Below are positions 10,652 through 20,915 of a DNA stretch of 61,209 nucleotides, in pieces. Positions within the stretch are counted from its first letter, which is position 1. The number at the start of each line of letters is the position of its first letter. This DNA is from Acholeplasmataceae bacterium. Its GTDB lineage: Bacteria > Bacillota_I > Bacilli_A > ML615J-28 > CAG-698. Below the pieces are notes generated by a model. That model did not search any database. It worked only from the letters and a program-made list of their open reading frames with translations, and was not told where the DNA came from. The stretch is from contig JAAYBG010000005.1 of the NCBI GenBank assembly GCA_012718985.1, positions 1 through 61,209 on the forward strand, in the 5' to 3' direction. Both the position numbers and the translations under genes were made by a program.

Positions 10652-11257
10652 TTACCCTAACGATTTCACAACAATCACTTTTTTATCGACTATGAGTTTT
10701 CCGATTTCAAGGATTTCATTGCTTAAACAAATATTATCTTCAACTTGTAAAATATAATTATCTAGATTATATTTAAAACCCTGCAAGGTAATTTTAGTAT
10801 CATTCTCTATAGCAAAAAAAGAAATATATTTATACTGGTCCTTGATGAATTCAACAGTTCCCTTGGCGATAAAAATATCGTTACTATTGTCGAGCAAGTG
10901 AATGTTAAGATGACTATATTTTGCCATTACACGGATAATCGATAGGAAATGATCTAGTCGGTTACCACTACCATTATAGATTTCAATTCGTGAAAAATCC
11001 ATTTCGGCAACATATTCAATCGCAAGTTCCAAATCGCTTGCGTTTTTTTCTTGGGGAAAGGCAATTTTTGTTTCATACGCAAATCCATAACGTTCAATGT
11101 CAGAAGAATCAAAGTCACCAATTGCTACCTTGGCAATGATATTTTGTGAGGAAGTAGCAATAATCCCTCCATCAACAGCAATTATGAATTCATCTTCATC
11201 ATGTTGATAAATATCTTTAAAACTATCAAATCCTGCACATACAATTTTTGCTATCAT
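10652..11257 (-). CDS. thiN: thiamine diphosphokinase
   Basis: GDFDS motif (AIGDFDSS) and about 200 aa. It follows rpe as in the Bacillus rsgA-rpe-thiN cluster. Confidence 0.8.
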   Translation of the reverse strand: MIAKIVCAGFDSFKDIYQHDEDEFIIAVDGGIIATSSQNIIAKVAIGDFDSSDIERYGFAYETKIAFPQEKNASDLELAIEYVAEMDFSRIEIYNGSGNRLDHFLSIIRVMAKYSHLNIHLLDNSNDIFIAKGTVEFIKDQYKYISFFAIENDTKITLQGFKYNLDNYILQVEDNICLSNEILEIGKLIVDKKVIVVKSLG

Positions 11258-11898
11258 AAGGCGAGTAATCCTTTAATTGCTCCCTGGCGGTCATCACTTT
11301 CGAAAATATACGTTCCCGCTACAACGACTTCACAACCCGCCTTTTGGCATAATTGAGCTGTTTCTTTGTTGATTCCCCCATCTACTTGGATTAAATAAGA
11401 ATAATTGTATTGTTTTTTCTGGGCCGCTAAATAAGCAATTTTATCAAGAGCATTGCTCATAAACTTTTGACCACCAAAACCAGGCTCTACACTCATGACT
11501 AAAACTAAATCCAAATAGGGTAAAATTTGATATAAAACCTCAACAGAAGTATTGGGCTTAATCGATATTCCTACCTTAACACCCAATTTTTTAATGGTTT
11601 CAATTGCTTCCATTTTATCCTCAACTGCTTCATAATGAAAAGTGATATAATCAGCTCCGGCCGCAACAAAATCCTTTGCGTATTTCAATGGATCAGATAT
11701 CATCAAATGAACATCGAAAACAAGGTCAACTTTTCCCTTTAAGTCCTTATAAACAACTGGTCCCATAGTAATATTGGGAACAAAATGGCCATCCATGACA
11801 TCAATATGAAGAAATTTAGCTCCATACTCTTGGACTTCTTTTACTTCTTGTAATAATTTTGAGAAATCAGCAGATAAAATTGAAGGTGCAACGATCAT
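11254..11898 (-). CDS. rpe: ribulose-phosphate 3-epimerase
   Basis: PSILSADF, HIDVMDGHFVPN and MSVEPGFGGQKF motifs. Confidence 0.93.
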   Translation of the reverse strand: MIVAPSILSADFSKLLQEVKEVQEYGAKFLHIDVMDGHFVPNITMGPVVYKDLKGKVDLVFDVHLMISDPLKYAKDFVAAGADYITFHYEAVEDKMEAIETIKKLGVKVGISIKPNTSVEVLYQILPYLDLVLVMSVEPGFGGQKFMSNALDKIAYLAAQKKQYNYSYLIQVDGGINKETAQLCQKAGCEVVVAGTYIFESDDRQGAIKGLLAL

Positions 11899-11912
11899 TT
11901 TCGGTCTCCTTT

Positions 11913-12779
11913 CTAATATTTGTTTTTCTTAGTCTCTTTAATTTCATTCGCAAACAACAAATAATTTTGATATCGTAAACTTAAAATCATATTTTTCTCC
12001 ACAAGTCTTTTCACTTCGCAATCAGGTTCGTCAATATGGGTACATTTTGAAAATTTACACTTGGAACTGGCCTGGTAAAATTCACGAAAGGTGTGGCTCA
12101 GGGTCAACAAATCAATCTCTTCAAAATTAGCAATTCCAAATCCTGGTGTATCGGCCAACCACCCTTCTAAAATACGAATCAATTCAATATGCCTTGTCGT
12201 ATGTTTCCCGCGATTTAAGGTAGTAGAAACCACGTCGGTTTTAAGGTTAAGCTCCGGATCAATAATATTGAGCAAAGTGCTTTTGCCAACACCGCTTTGA
12301 CCAGCAACAACACAAAGATGCTCGTTCACTTCCTGTTTTATCTGTTCAATAAAATCTGGTATATCGTTTCGATAAATTCGATATCCTAATTGTTCGTAGT
12401 AATCATGAATAGAATTAAAATTTTCCTTATTCGCTAACAAATCGAGTTTTGTAAATACGATGATAATCTTAATGTCTTGATATTCCATTATCGAGATTAA
12501 ACGATCGAGAAGGTTTAAATTTAAATCGGGTTCTATTACCGAAAAGACTAAAAAGACTTTATCAACGTTGGCAATCAACGGTCTTTCCAAACTGTTTTTT
12601 CGTGGATAAATGGAAGTAATCACTCTTTCTTCTTCATTGATCGCAACAATATCACCAACCAAAGGATTTTTTCTGCGATAGCGAAACAATCCTCGCGGTT
12701 TGCAGACAATCGTTTGTTGATTCGGTAAGAAAACAGTGTATTCTCCACTAATGGCTTTGATGATTAGTCCTTTCTTCAT
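11913..12779 (-). CDS. rsgA: ribosome small-subunit-dependent GTPase A
   Basis: GQSGVGKSTLLN P-loop and zinc knuckle CKFSKCTHIDEPDC. ATG 12779 (MKKGLII) has an AAGGAG SD and forms a TAATG overlap with the rlmN stop. The track start at 12818 is probably too long. Confidence 0.9.
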   Translation of the reverse strand: MKKGLIIKAISGEYTVFLPNQQTIVCKPRGLFRYRRKNPLVGDIVAINEEERVITSIYPRKNSLERPLIANVDKVFLVFSVIEPDLNLNLLDRLISIMEYQDIKIIIVFTKLDLLANKENFNSIHDYYEQLGYRIYRNDIPDFIEQIKQEVNEHLCVVAGQSGVGKSTLLNIIDPELNLKTDVVSTTLNRGKHTTRHIELIRILEGWLADTPGFGIANFEEIDLLTLSHTFREFYQASSKCKFSKCTHIDEPDCEVKRLVEKNMILSLRYQNYLLFANEIKETKKNKY

Positions 12780-13819
12780 TACTTCTCCTTCATTTTTTGT
12801 ACTCGTAACTGCCCGCAAGCGGCGTTAATGTCATGACCATGTTCTTTACGAATAATAGCATTAATTTTATTCTTGATCAGATAATCAAAAAATTGGTCTC
12901 TTACTTTCTCATCACTGCGTTTAAATATTCCCCCTGTTTCATTGTATGGTATTAAATTCACATAGCAGTTTAACCCGCGAATCAAATTACAAAGTTCTTT
13001 TGCATCTTCAAGCGAGTCATTTATTCCCTTTAGAAGGATATATTCAAAAGTAATTCTTCGTTTTGTTTTTTGAAAATAATCCTTTAATGCTGTTATCAAT
13101 GCTTTTAGGGGATATTTTTTATTAATCTTCATGTACCGACTGCGTTTTTCATCATTCGCAAAATGAAGACTGATTGCTAGATTAACTTGCAAGTTCAACT
13201 CAGCAAATTCATATATTTTAGGAACAATACCGCAAGTGGATAAAGTAATGTGTCGAGCGCCAATTTCCAAACCTTTGGGATCATTGATAATCTTAATGAA
13301 TTCAATCACATTATCGTAATTGTCGAAAGGTTCACCGATTCCCATAATGACAACATGACTTACGCGTTTTTCCTCTTGACGAAGATAGTTATCAATCGTA
13401 AGAACTTGTAACACCATTTCTGCTGGTGTTAAATTGCGAATCCGTTTTGTCATACCACTGGCACAAAAAGCACAGCCCATATTACATCCAACCTGAGAAG
13501 TAACACAAACACTATACCCATAATCATGAATCATAAGTACTGTTTCTATTAATGATTGATCTTCCAGGCGAAACAAAAATTTTGTCGTCCCATCACGAGC
13601 GACGTTTTTCGTAACGATCTCTAATTTGGGGAAGGTGAAATCTTGCTCTAATTGGGCAATAACTTCTTTTTTTATATTGGTAATTTGAGAAAAAGCAGAT
13701 ATTCTGATTCGATATAGCGCTTCAAAAATTTGTGTAGCTCTAAATTTCGCCAGTTTCTTTTCCAAAAAATATGCCTCAAGGCGCTCACGAGAATAATCAT
13801 AAATCCCCTTTACTGCCAT
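12779..13819 (-). CDS. rlmN: 23S rRNA/tRNA adenine-C2 methyltransferase RlmN (radical SAM)
   Basis: Radical SAM cluster CNMGCAFCASG and the second conserved Cys region (NAACGQL). Confidence 0.92.
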   Translation of the reverse strand: MAVKGIYDYSRERLEAYFLEKKLAKFRATQIFEALYRIRISAFSQITNIKKEVIAQLEQDFTFPKLEIVTKNVARDGTTKFLFRLEDQSLIETVLMIHDYGYSVCVTSQVGCNMGCAFCASGMTKRIRNLTPAEMVLQVLTIDNYLRQEEKRVSHVVIMGIGEPFDNYDNVIEFIKIINDPKGLEIGARHITLSTCGIVPKIYEFAELNLQVNLAISLHFANDEKRSRYMKINKKYPLKALITALKDYFQKTKRRITFEYILLKGINDSLEDAKELCNLIRGLNCYVNLIPYNETGGIFKRSDEKVRDQFFDYLIKNKINAIIRKEHGHDINAACGQLRVQKMKEK

Positions 13820-13820
13820 T

Positions 13821-15086
13821 TTAATTTCTCCTTAGTTTACAAATATAAAATCCATCCGTATGATATTCAAAAGGTAAAATAATCCTTTCTTCTACTTTAG
13901 TAAAGTCTTCATGGCGACGCAAAAACTTAGCAATTTGCTTTTCATTTTCGTCTTTGTTGATTGTACAGGTACTGTAAATCAAGTATCCACCGCGTTTTAA
14001 TAATTGATAGGATTTTTCCAGAATCTCCTCTTGTAAGTACTCTACCTCTTCAATTGCTTTTAAGGTGATTTGATACTTTAAATCTACCTTATGACTTAAA
14101 ACTCCTAATCCACTACAAGGCACATCAGCAATGAGATAATCAAAAGATTCTTTTTTTACCTTGTTAGCAACATTACGGGCATCAATCAACTGTGTTTTCA
14201 CGTTATTCACACCCAAGCGTTCAAAGGTTTGTTCCATTAATTTAATTTTATGCGGATAGACATCGCACGCAAAAATAGTTCCAGTATTATTCATCAGGGC
14301 AGCTAAATGGGCTGCTTTACCACCAGGAGCAGAACACAAATCCAAAATCAAACTATTTGGTTCAGGATTGGTAATCTCGCTGACCATTTGACTAGAAATA
14401 TCTTGAATAGTGATGAATCCCTCCGTAAATAATGGATGATTCACAATGCTTTTATTAATGGTTAAGCCGTTTTCAACCAAAGGATTATCGCTGAATTGAA
14501 TATTCGCTTCAGTAAGTTTGGTTTTTATCGTCTCTTTATTTGTCTTTAATGTATTGATTCTTATCGCATCATTTTTAATGAGAGAATTTTCTTGTAGTAT
14601 TTTTTCTAATACCTCTAAGGAATAATCTTTCAATAAATAGGCGACTAACCACATCGGATGGGAATATTTAATACTTAAGCGTTGAATGTCATCATAGCCA
14701 TCTAGGCTGCGAAGAGGGTTTCGTAAAAAATTACGCAGAACTGCATTAACAAACGATCCAATTGCTTTATCTTTAATGTTAGCTATATCAACTGATTCAT
14801 TGACAATTGCATACTTAGGAATATCTAGATAAACAATTTGATAAACACTAATGTATAAAAGGTTTTTTACCCATGATTTTGGTTTTTTTCTTCGAATATA
14901 AGGTTCCAAATAAAAATCTATGGTAATTAGATTTTGAATCGTTCCATAAACAAGGTTTGTAAATAACCTCCTATCTTCTTCTGACAGTTCAAATTTATTT
15001 AGAAACTCATTCACCACGATATTGCAAAATGCCTTTTTACGAGTTATTTTTTCAATCGCTTCTAGTGCTAATTTTCTAACATTCAT
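13821..15086 (-). CDS. rsmB: 16S rRNA m5C967 methyltransferase RsmB (Sun)
   Basis: NusB-like N-terminal domain, SAM motif LDLCSAPGGKA, and catalytic DVPCSG and YSTCT. Confidence 0.9.
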   Translation of the reverse strand: MNVRKLALEAIEKITRKKAFCNIVVNEFLNKFELSEEDRRLFTNLVYGTIQNLITIDFYLEPYIRRKKPKSWVKNLLYISVYQIVYLDIPKYAIVNESVDIANIKDKAIGSFVNAVLRNFLRNPLRSLDGYDDIQRLSIKYSHPMWLVAYLLKDYSLEVLEKILQENSLIKNDAIRINTLKTNKETIKTKLTEANIQFSDNPLVENGLTINKSIVNHPLFTEGFITIQDISSQMVSEITNPEPNSLILDLCSAPGGKAAHLAALMNNTGTIFACDVYPHKIKLMEQTFERLGVNNVKTQLIDARNVANKVKKESFDYLIADVPCSGLGVLSHKVDLKYQITLKAIEEVEYLQEEILEKSYQLLKRGGYLIYSTCTINKDENEKQIAKFLRRHEDFTKVEERIILPFEYHTDGFYICKLRRN

Positions 15087-15089
15087 AAC

Positions 15090-15899
15090 TTATTCCATAA
15101 CTTTCTTTAAAAATGCTGTCAACGCTTCTTTCTCCAGAACACTACTACCGATATTTCCATGTTTTTGATCGTCAAAACTATGAAAATCACTACCTGCTGT
15201 ATAAATTAAATTATGAGAAAGAGCAAATCTCTTAAATCGTTTAGTATCTTCGGGCGTATTAGCTGGATATATTGCTTCAAGTCCATCCATCCCCAGAGCG
15301 ATAAGTTCCTGATAATTATTCTTTTTTAGAAGGACTGGATGAGCTAAAATAATCGTCGCTTGTGCTTGCTTGAGTAAAGCAACTCCTTCTTCCGTTGTAA
15401 TTTTTGTGCTCGGAAGATACGCAACACACCCTTCTCCTATCATTGTTGAAAAGATTTGTGCTTTTGTATAAGGATACCCTTGAGCAATGATTTCATTGGC
15501 AATGCTACCACGAGTAATAATATTTAATTTCAATAAGGGTGCAATATCTAGTTTGATTTGAAAATATTTTTCCAAACGAGCAACCATCTCTTTGCAACGA
15601 GCAATACGGTGTTCACGTTGATTCTCTAATATTGTTTGAAGAGTAGATACTGTACTTAAGTCTTTAAAATAACCCAAAATATGAACAGATTCTTTCTTTC
15701 TCTCCGTCGATAATTCAACCCCATAAATCACCTTGAGTTGATAAGTATCCGCTAAACTACCAGCGAGCTTTGCACCTGACAAAGTATCGTGATCTGTGAT
15801 ACTAATCACCTCTACATGTTTACTAGCTTCTTGTAAAACTTCTTCTACTGTTAGGGAGCCATCAGAAAATTGGGTATGGATATGAAAATCTCCCTTCAT
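15090..15899 (-). CDS. PHP-domain metal-dependent phosphoesterase (TrpH/YciV-like)
   Basis: HIHTQFSDG, ITDHD and GSDFH metal-ligand motifs characteristic of the PHP fold. Confidence 0.8.
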   Translation of the reverse strand: MKGDFHIHTQFSDGSLTVEEVLQEASKHVEVISITDHDTLSGAKLAGSLADTYQLKVIYGVELSTERKKESVHILGYFKDLSTVSTLQTILENQREHRIARCKEMVARLEKYFQIKLDIAPLLKLNIITRGSIANEIIAQGYPYTKAQIFSTMIGEGCVAYLPSTKITTEEGVALLKQAQATIILAHPVLLKKNNYQELIALGMDGLEAIYPANTPEDTKRFKRFALSHNLIYTAGSDFHSFDDQKHGNIGSSVLEKEALTAFLKKVME

Positions 15900-16801
15900 T
15901 ATACTCTCCTTGCTGTCTGATATTCATTGTAAATCAGTACGACAACATACTTATACTCTAGTTCTTGATAGGAAGCAATGAAGTTTTTATCCGCAAAAAT
16001 AGCTTTATCGCTTTTTTTAATCACATAATTTATTTTTGAAAAAAGAGCTATCCATTTTGGATAATCATAATACATAATGATTTCATTCTCTAAAAAATAG
16101 TCCATTGTGAATTGAGACACATAATTTTTAGTTAGTCCTTTTTTCATAAAAGCGATCAAATGAGAAATCGTTTTGGTAATTAATTCCCCAGAGTGATAAC
16201 AAATATAATCATAAGCATTTTGTAAACTACTATATTTATCAATTTCAGTAACAACATAACTACGATAATCCTTTAATTCTTGATATGTCTTTTCATTACA
16301 AAAAGCATAAGAAGCCATTTTTAAATTGGGAAGATACTCTTTTTTATATTGATTGATGTCTTCTATCAAATCTTCATAATAGCTCTCTAAATCCCCAACT
16401 TCATAATATAACTCATTAATCATTTCTTCTGTCACTAATCTTTTTCTTTTAAGTGAATTATTCGCCTTTTTCAATGATTCATATTTTTTTTCTAAACGAA
16501 TTATATATTTTTCAATATTTTTTTGGATACTTGCAAACTCTTCTTGCTCTACAGTTGAAAAAGAAAACAAGTTTAAAAAATGATATAAGTGCAACATCTT
16601 TGTTAGTTTTTCCTCAAAAACGGTTAAGTTGGCATTTATTTTTTCTCGCTTTTCATCTTGATTTAATCCGCTAGGAGAAAAACGATGTTTTTTTACTCGA
16701 TTTATTGGTTCAAAATATAATTCTGCCAGGTCAACTTTTAGATTACTATTATCTTTTGGCATTTCGGGTGTGGTAATTTCGATAATTTCTTGTTTTTTCA
16801 T
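15899..16801 (-). CDS. hypothetical protein, 300 aa, helical, Tyr/Glu/Lys-rich, no recognisable domain
   Basis: Long ORF with its own promoter. Its stop overlaps the PHP gene start by 1 nt. No motif I can assign. Confidence 0.6.
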   Translation of the reverse strand: MKKQEIIEITTPEMPKDNSNLKVDLAELYFEPINRVKKHRFSPSGLNQDEKREKINANLTVFEEKLTKMLHLYHFLNLFSFSTVEQEEFASIQKNIEKYIIRLEKKYESLKKANNSLKRKRLVTEEMINELYYEVGDLESYYEDLIEDINQYKKEYLPNLKMASYAFCNEKTYQELKDYRSYVVTEIDKYSSLQNAYDYICYHSGELITKTISHLIAFMKKGLTKNYVSQFTMDYFLENEIIMYYDYPKWIALFSKINYVIKKSDKAIFADKNFIASYQELEYKYVVVLIYNEYQTARRV

Positions 16802-16826
16802 AGTTTTATTCCCTTACTTATCTTTT

Positions 16827-16855
16827 ATTATACCATATCCTAATAGAAAAGTTAA
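16827..16855 (-). promoter_or_regulatory. sigma-A type promoter heading the orphan-PHP-rsmB-rlmN-rsgA-rpe-thiN operon
   Basis: The minus strand reads TTAACT, a 17-nt spacer, then TATAAT preceded by TGG. Confidence 0.55.
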
Positions 16856-16871
16856 GAGTCATCCATATATT

Positions 16872-16900
16872 TTAAAAACCCCAAGGCTTTCCTTGGGGTT
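16872..16900 (-). terminator. terminator after eno
   Basis: The minus strand reads CCCCAAGG-aaag-CCTTGGGG followed by TTTTT. Confidence 0.85.
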
Positions 16901-16911
16901 TCATAACTTAT

Positions 16912-18243
<1,332 letters not shown>

Positions 18244-19758
18244 TTATTTTACAATTAATGTTTTACCCGTCATTTTAACTGGTTGTGGAATATCCAATAA
18301 GGTTAACATTGTAGGAATCACATCTCCTAAATTCCCCCCCGAACGGAGTACCAAACCTTTTTTTGTGACGATACATGGAACAGGATTTGTTGTATGGGCT
18401 GTAAATGGTAACCCATTTTCGTCTTCCATCTTTTCAGCATTACCATGATCCGCAACAATCATCATAGTTCCATTTACTTTTTTTACCGCTTGATAGAGCC
18501 TACCAATGCATTCATCTACTGTTTCAACAGCTTTCACCGCAGCTGAGAAAACCCCTGTGTGACCTACCATATCGCAGTTAGCAAAGTTTAAGATAATCGT
18601 ATCAAATTTTTCACTTTCGATTGCTGAAACTGCTTTCTCACAAACTTCATAAGCGCTCATTTCTGGTTTCAGATCATAAGTAGCAACCTTAGGAGAATCG
18701 ACAAGAATTCTTGTCGCTCCCTTTAATTGTTTATCGACACCACCATCGAAAAAGTAAGTTACATGAGCATATTTTTCTGTTTCTGCGATTCGTAGTTGTG
18801 TTAACCCTAGTCTAGATATGTAATCGCCATATAAATCATCTAATTCTTCAATTTCAAAAACTAGATCACCTTTCACATTTTCGCTATATAGCATCATACA
18901 TACATAGGTTAAATCTTTAAATACTTTGCCACCAACAATTGGCGTTTTTTCTAAATTTGTTAGTGCAGTTGACATTTCAATTGCTCTATCAGGACGAAAA
19001 TTTGCAAAGATAACACTATCTCCATCGTTAATATTAGAATCTTTGTGAACAATGTAAGGGATAACAAATTCATCTACAATCCCATTGGCATAGGATTCAT
19101 CCATTCCCTTCATCAATTCTTTAAAAGGACCTTTATTATAAACCAAAGCATCGTAAGCTAATTGAATACGATTATAATTCTTATCGCGATCCATTGCATA
19201 GTATCTACCACTAACAACACCAATCTTCGAATGACCTACTTCATCAATTTTATTTTGTAGCGTTTGTAGGTATTCTTTCGCAGATTTTGGAGGAACATCA
19301 CGGCCATCAAGAAAAGCATGAACTACTACTTCTTTGACACCAGATGCCACACATTTTTCTAACAAATATAAAATATGGGTAATATGAGAGTGTACACCAC
19401 CATCCGACAATAAACCCATAATATGAATTTTACCATTATTCTTCAAAGCATTTTTAATCGCTTTTTGAATAGCTGGTTTTTTTATTAATTCATCATTACG
19501 AACACTGATATCAACTCTGGTTAATGATTGATAGACAACTCTTCCTGCTCCCAAGTTAATGTGCCCCACCTCACTATTTCCCATTTGGCCATCAGGAAGA
19601 CCGACATCTTCACCGCTTGCACCAAGAGTTGTATGGGGATAAGTTGCTAGCAAATAATCTAAATTAGGCTTTCTTGCGTGATAAACAGCGTTCCCACGTG
19701 TTTTTGAGCTAAGACCATAGCCATCCATTATCGCTAACATCACTAAATTTTTCTTCAT
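18244..19758 (-). CDS. gpmI: 2,3-bisphosphoglycerate-independent phosphoglycerate mutase
   Basis: GQMGNSEVGHINLGAGR motif, 504 aa, adjacent to eno. Confidence 0.95.
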   Translation of the reverse strand: MKKNLVMLAIMDGYGLSSKTRGNAVYHARKPNLDYLLATYPHTTLGASGEDVGLPDGQMGNSEVGHINLGAGRVVYQSLTRVDISVRNDELIKKPAIQKAIKNALKNNGKIHIMGLLSDGGVHSHITHILYLLEKCVASGVKEVVVHAFLDGRDVPPKSAKEYLQTLQNKIDEVGHSKIGVVSGRYYAMDRDKNYNRIQLAYDALVYNKGPFKELMKGMDESYANGIVDEFVIPYIVHKDSNINDGDSVIFANFRPDRAIEMSTALTNLEKTPIVGGKVFKDLTYVCMMLYSENVKGDLVFEIEELDDLYGDYISRLGLTQLRIAETEKYAHVTYFFDGGVDKQLKGATRILVDSPKVATYDLKPEMSAYEVCEKAVSAIESEKFDTIILNFANCDMVGHTGVFSAAVKAVETVDECIGRLYQAVKKVNGTMMIVADHGNAEKMEDENGLPFTAHTTNPVPCIVTKKGLVLRSGGNLGDVIPTMLTLLDIPQPVKMTGKTLIVK

Positions 19759-19782
19759 ATTGCTACTCCTTCTACCTTATAT

Positions 19783-19811
19783 ATTATATACTTATTTTCA
19801 TTCTTTTTCAA
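19783..19811 (-). promoter_or_regulatory. sigma-A type promoter for gpmI-eno
   Basis: The minus strand reads TTGAAA, a 17-nt spacer, then TATAAT. Confidence 0.6.
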
Positions 19812-19864
19812 CAAAAATACATGTTAAATAAAACGTATTCATTAAAAAGAAGATAATTCAGTTT

Positions 19865-20443
19865 CTACCGATTATCTTCAAGTTCTTGTTTATCGTTTCC
19901 ATTAATATCTTGTTGCCAGAAACTAAGATTACTTACCATAATCTTTACTAAAAGGGTATAAGGAATAACTAAAATAATCATCGCTAATAATCTGATTGGC
20001 CAATCTAACAAAATAGCTGCTACCGTATAATAAGGGTCCTTGATTAATATTGTTTCCATATACATTGCTAAGGTGTTTAGTAAATTAGCACACAAAGAAG
20101 TAATAATCACAACAATCAATAGACACCAAAACTCTTTTTTTTGAGAAAAGATACGATAAAGTAATCCACTAATTCCTCCCCAGGCAATGGGTGCTAATGC
20201 CCAAAAGGGACTTGTTAAACTAAGTCCATAAGGGCTTGTCAATTGAAGGACAATTCCTGCCACCAAACCAGTCATAAACCCTAATTTGGGACCAAACATA
20301 ATTCCGATAATCATCAGCGGCAGTCCATAAAAGGTAAATTTCAAGTGCATACCAATATTAACACTCATAAATTTTTCTAATACGATTGATAATGCTGCCA
20401 TTACTGCGGATAATGTAATTTGAAAGATAGTTTTTTTCTTCAC
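19865..20443 (-). CDS. folT: ECF-transporter substrate-binding (S) component, folate family
   Basis: A roughly 190-aa polytopic membrane protein with S-component topology and a GTG start. It is immediately preceded by a THF riboswitch, the classical folT context. Confidence 0.75.
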   Translation of the reverse strand: MKKKTIFQITLSAVMAALSIVLEKFMSVNIGMHLKFTFYGLPLMIIGIMFGPKLGFMTGLVAGIVLQLTSPYGLSLTSPFWALAPIAWGGISGLLYRIFSQKKEFWCLLIVVIITSLCANLLNTLAMYMETILIKDPYYTVAAILLDWPIRLLAMIILVIPYTLLVKIMVSNLSFWQQDINGNDKQELEDNR

Positions 20444-20483
20444 AAATAAAGACCTCCATATTAGAGATCCGCATTATTTTCTT

Positions 20484-20571
20484 CAGCGGATGCATCAATA
20501 AACCGCCATGATGGTGTTAATCTCCAACACACTCCCCCTGGTGAAGCACTTAACGCTTACTGATTACTCTG
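20484..20571 (-). promoter_or_regulatory. THF (tetrahydrofolate) riboswitch
   Basis: The minus strand reads CAGAGUAAUCAGUAAGCGUUAAGUGCUUCACCAGGGGGAGUGUGUUGGAGAUUAACACCAUCAUGGCGGUUUAUUGAUGCAUCCGCUG. It shares the AGAGUA..GCGUUAAGUG..GCAUCCGCU blocks and the P2 pairing (AUCAGUAA / UUUAUUGAU) with the E. siraeum THF aptamer as I recall it. A downstream ATCCGC...GCGGAT hairpin lies just before the SD. Confidence 0.85.
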
Positions 20572-20578
20572 TGACTAA

Positions 20579-20607
20579 ATTATATGATATATTTTATTAA
20601 TAGTCAA
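20579..20607 (-). promoter_or_regulatory. sigma-A type promoter driving the THF riboswitch-folT transcript
   Basis: The minus strand reads TTGACT, a 17-nt spacer, then TATAAT. The riboswitch 5' end begins about 7 nt downstream. Confidence 0.7.
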
Positions 20608-20915
20608 ATGAAAATCTGCTTTTTTATTGCTCGAAAGTTGAATAAAATGGCGTGTAAACATCATTGCTCAAGAGTTGACTAATTACATGTAAAGGGGGCA
20701 AAAAGCCATCAAAGGGGAAATTTAGGGGTCTTTTGGCCTGTTTTTAAGGCCTTTTCATGTTTTGCCGTGCTATTTAAACGATGAATAAAAGTAGTTTTAT
20801 CGTACACGGATTTTTAGTAGAATCACTCCATTATCTTATGAAAATCTTTCATTCTTTAATCTCTTTACAAACTCCTATTTAGGTATATACTATACTATGC
20901 AAGGAGGGCGTTTTT

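Noticed and set aside
20647-20682. An 11-codon ORF (MACKHHCSRVD) inside the noncoding island.
   Set aside because: It has no SD, is very short, and overlaps the direct repeat. There is no basis to call it coding.
20694-20736. A G-quadruplex formed by the G runs in the noncoding island.
   Set aside because: Only three runs of four or more G are present. The fourth would be a GG, so a canonical four-tract quadruplex is not supported. The tracts are kept as a finding only in the sRNA/regulatory sense.
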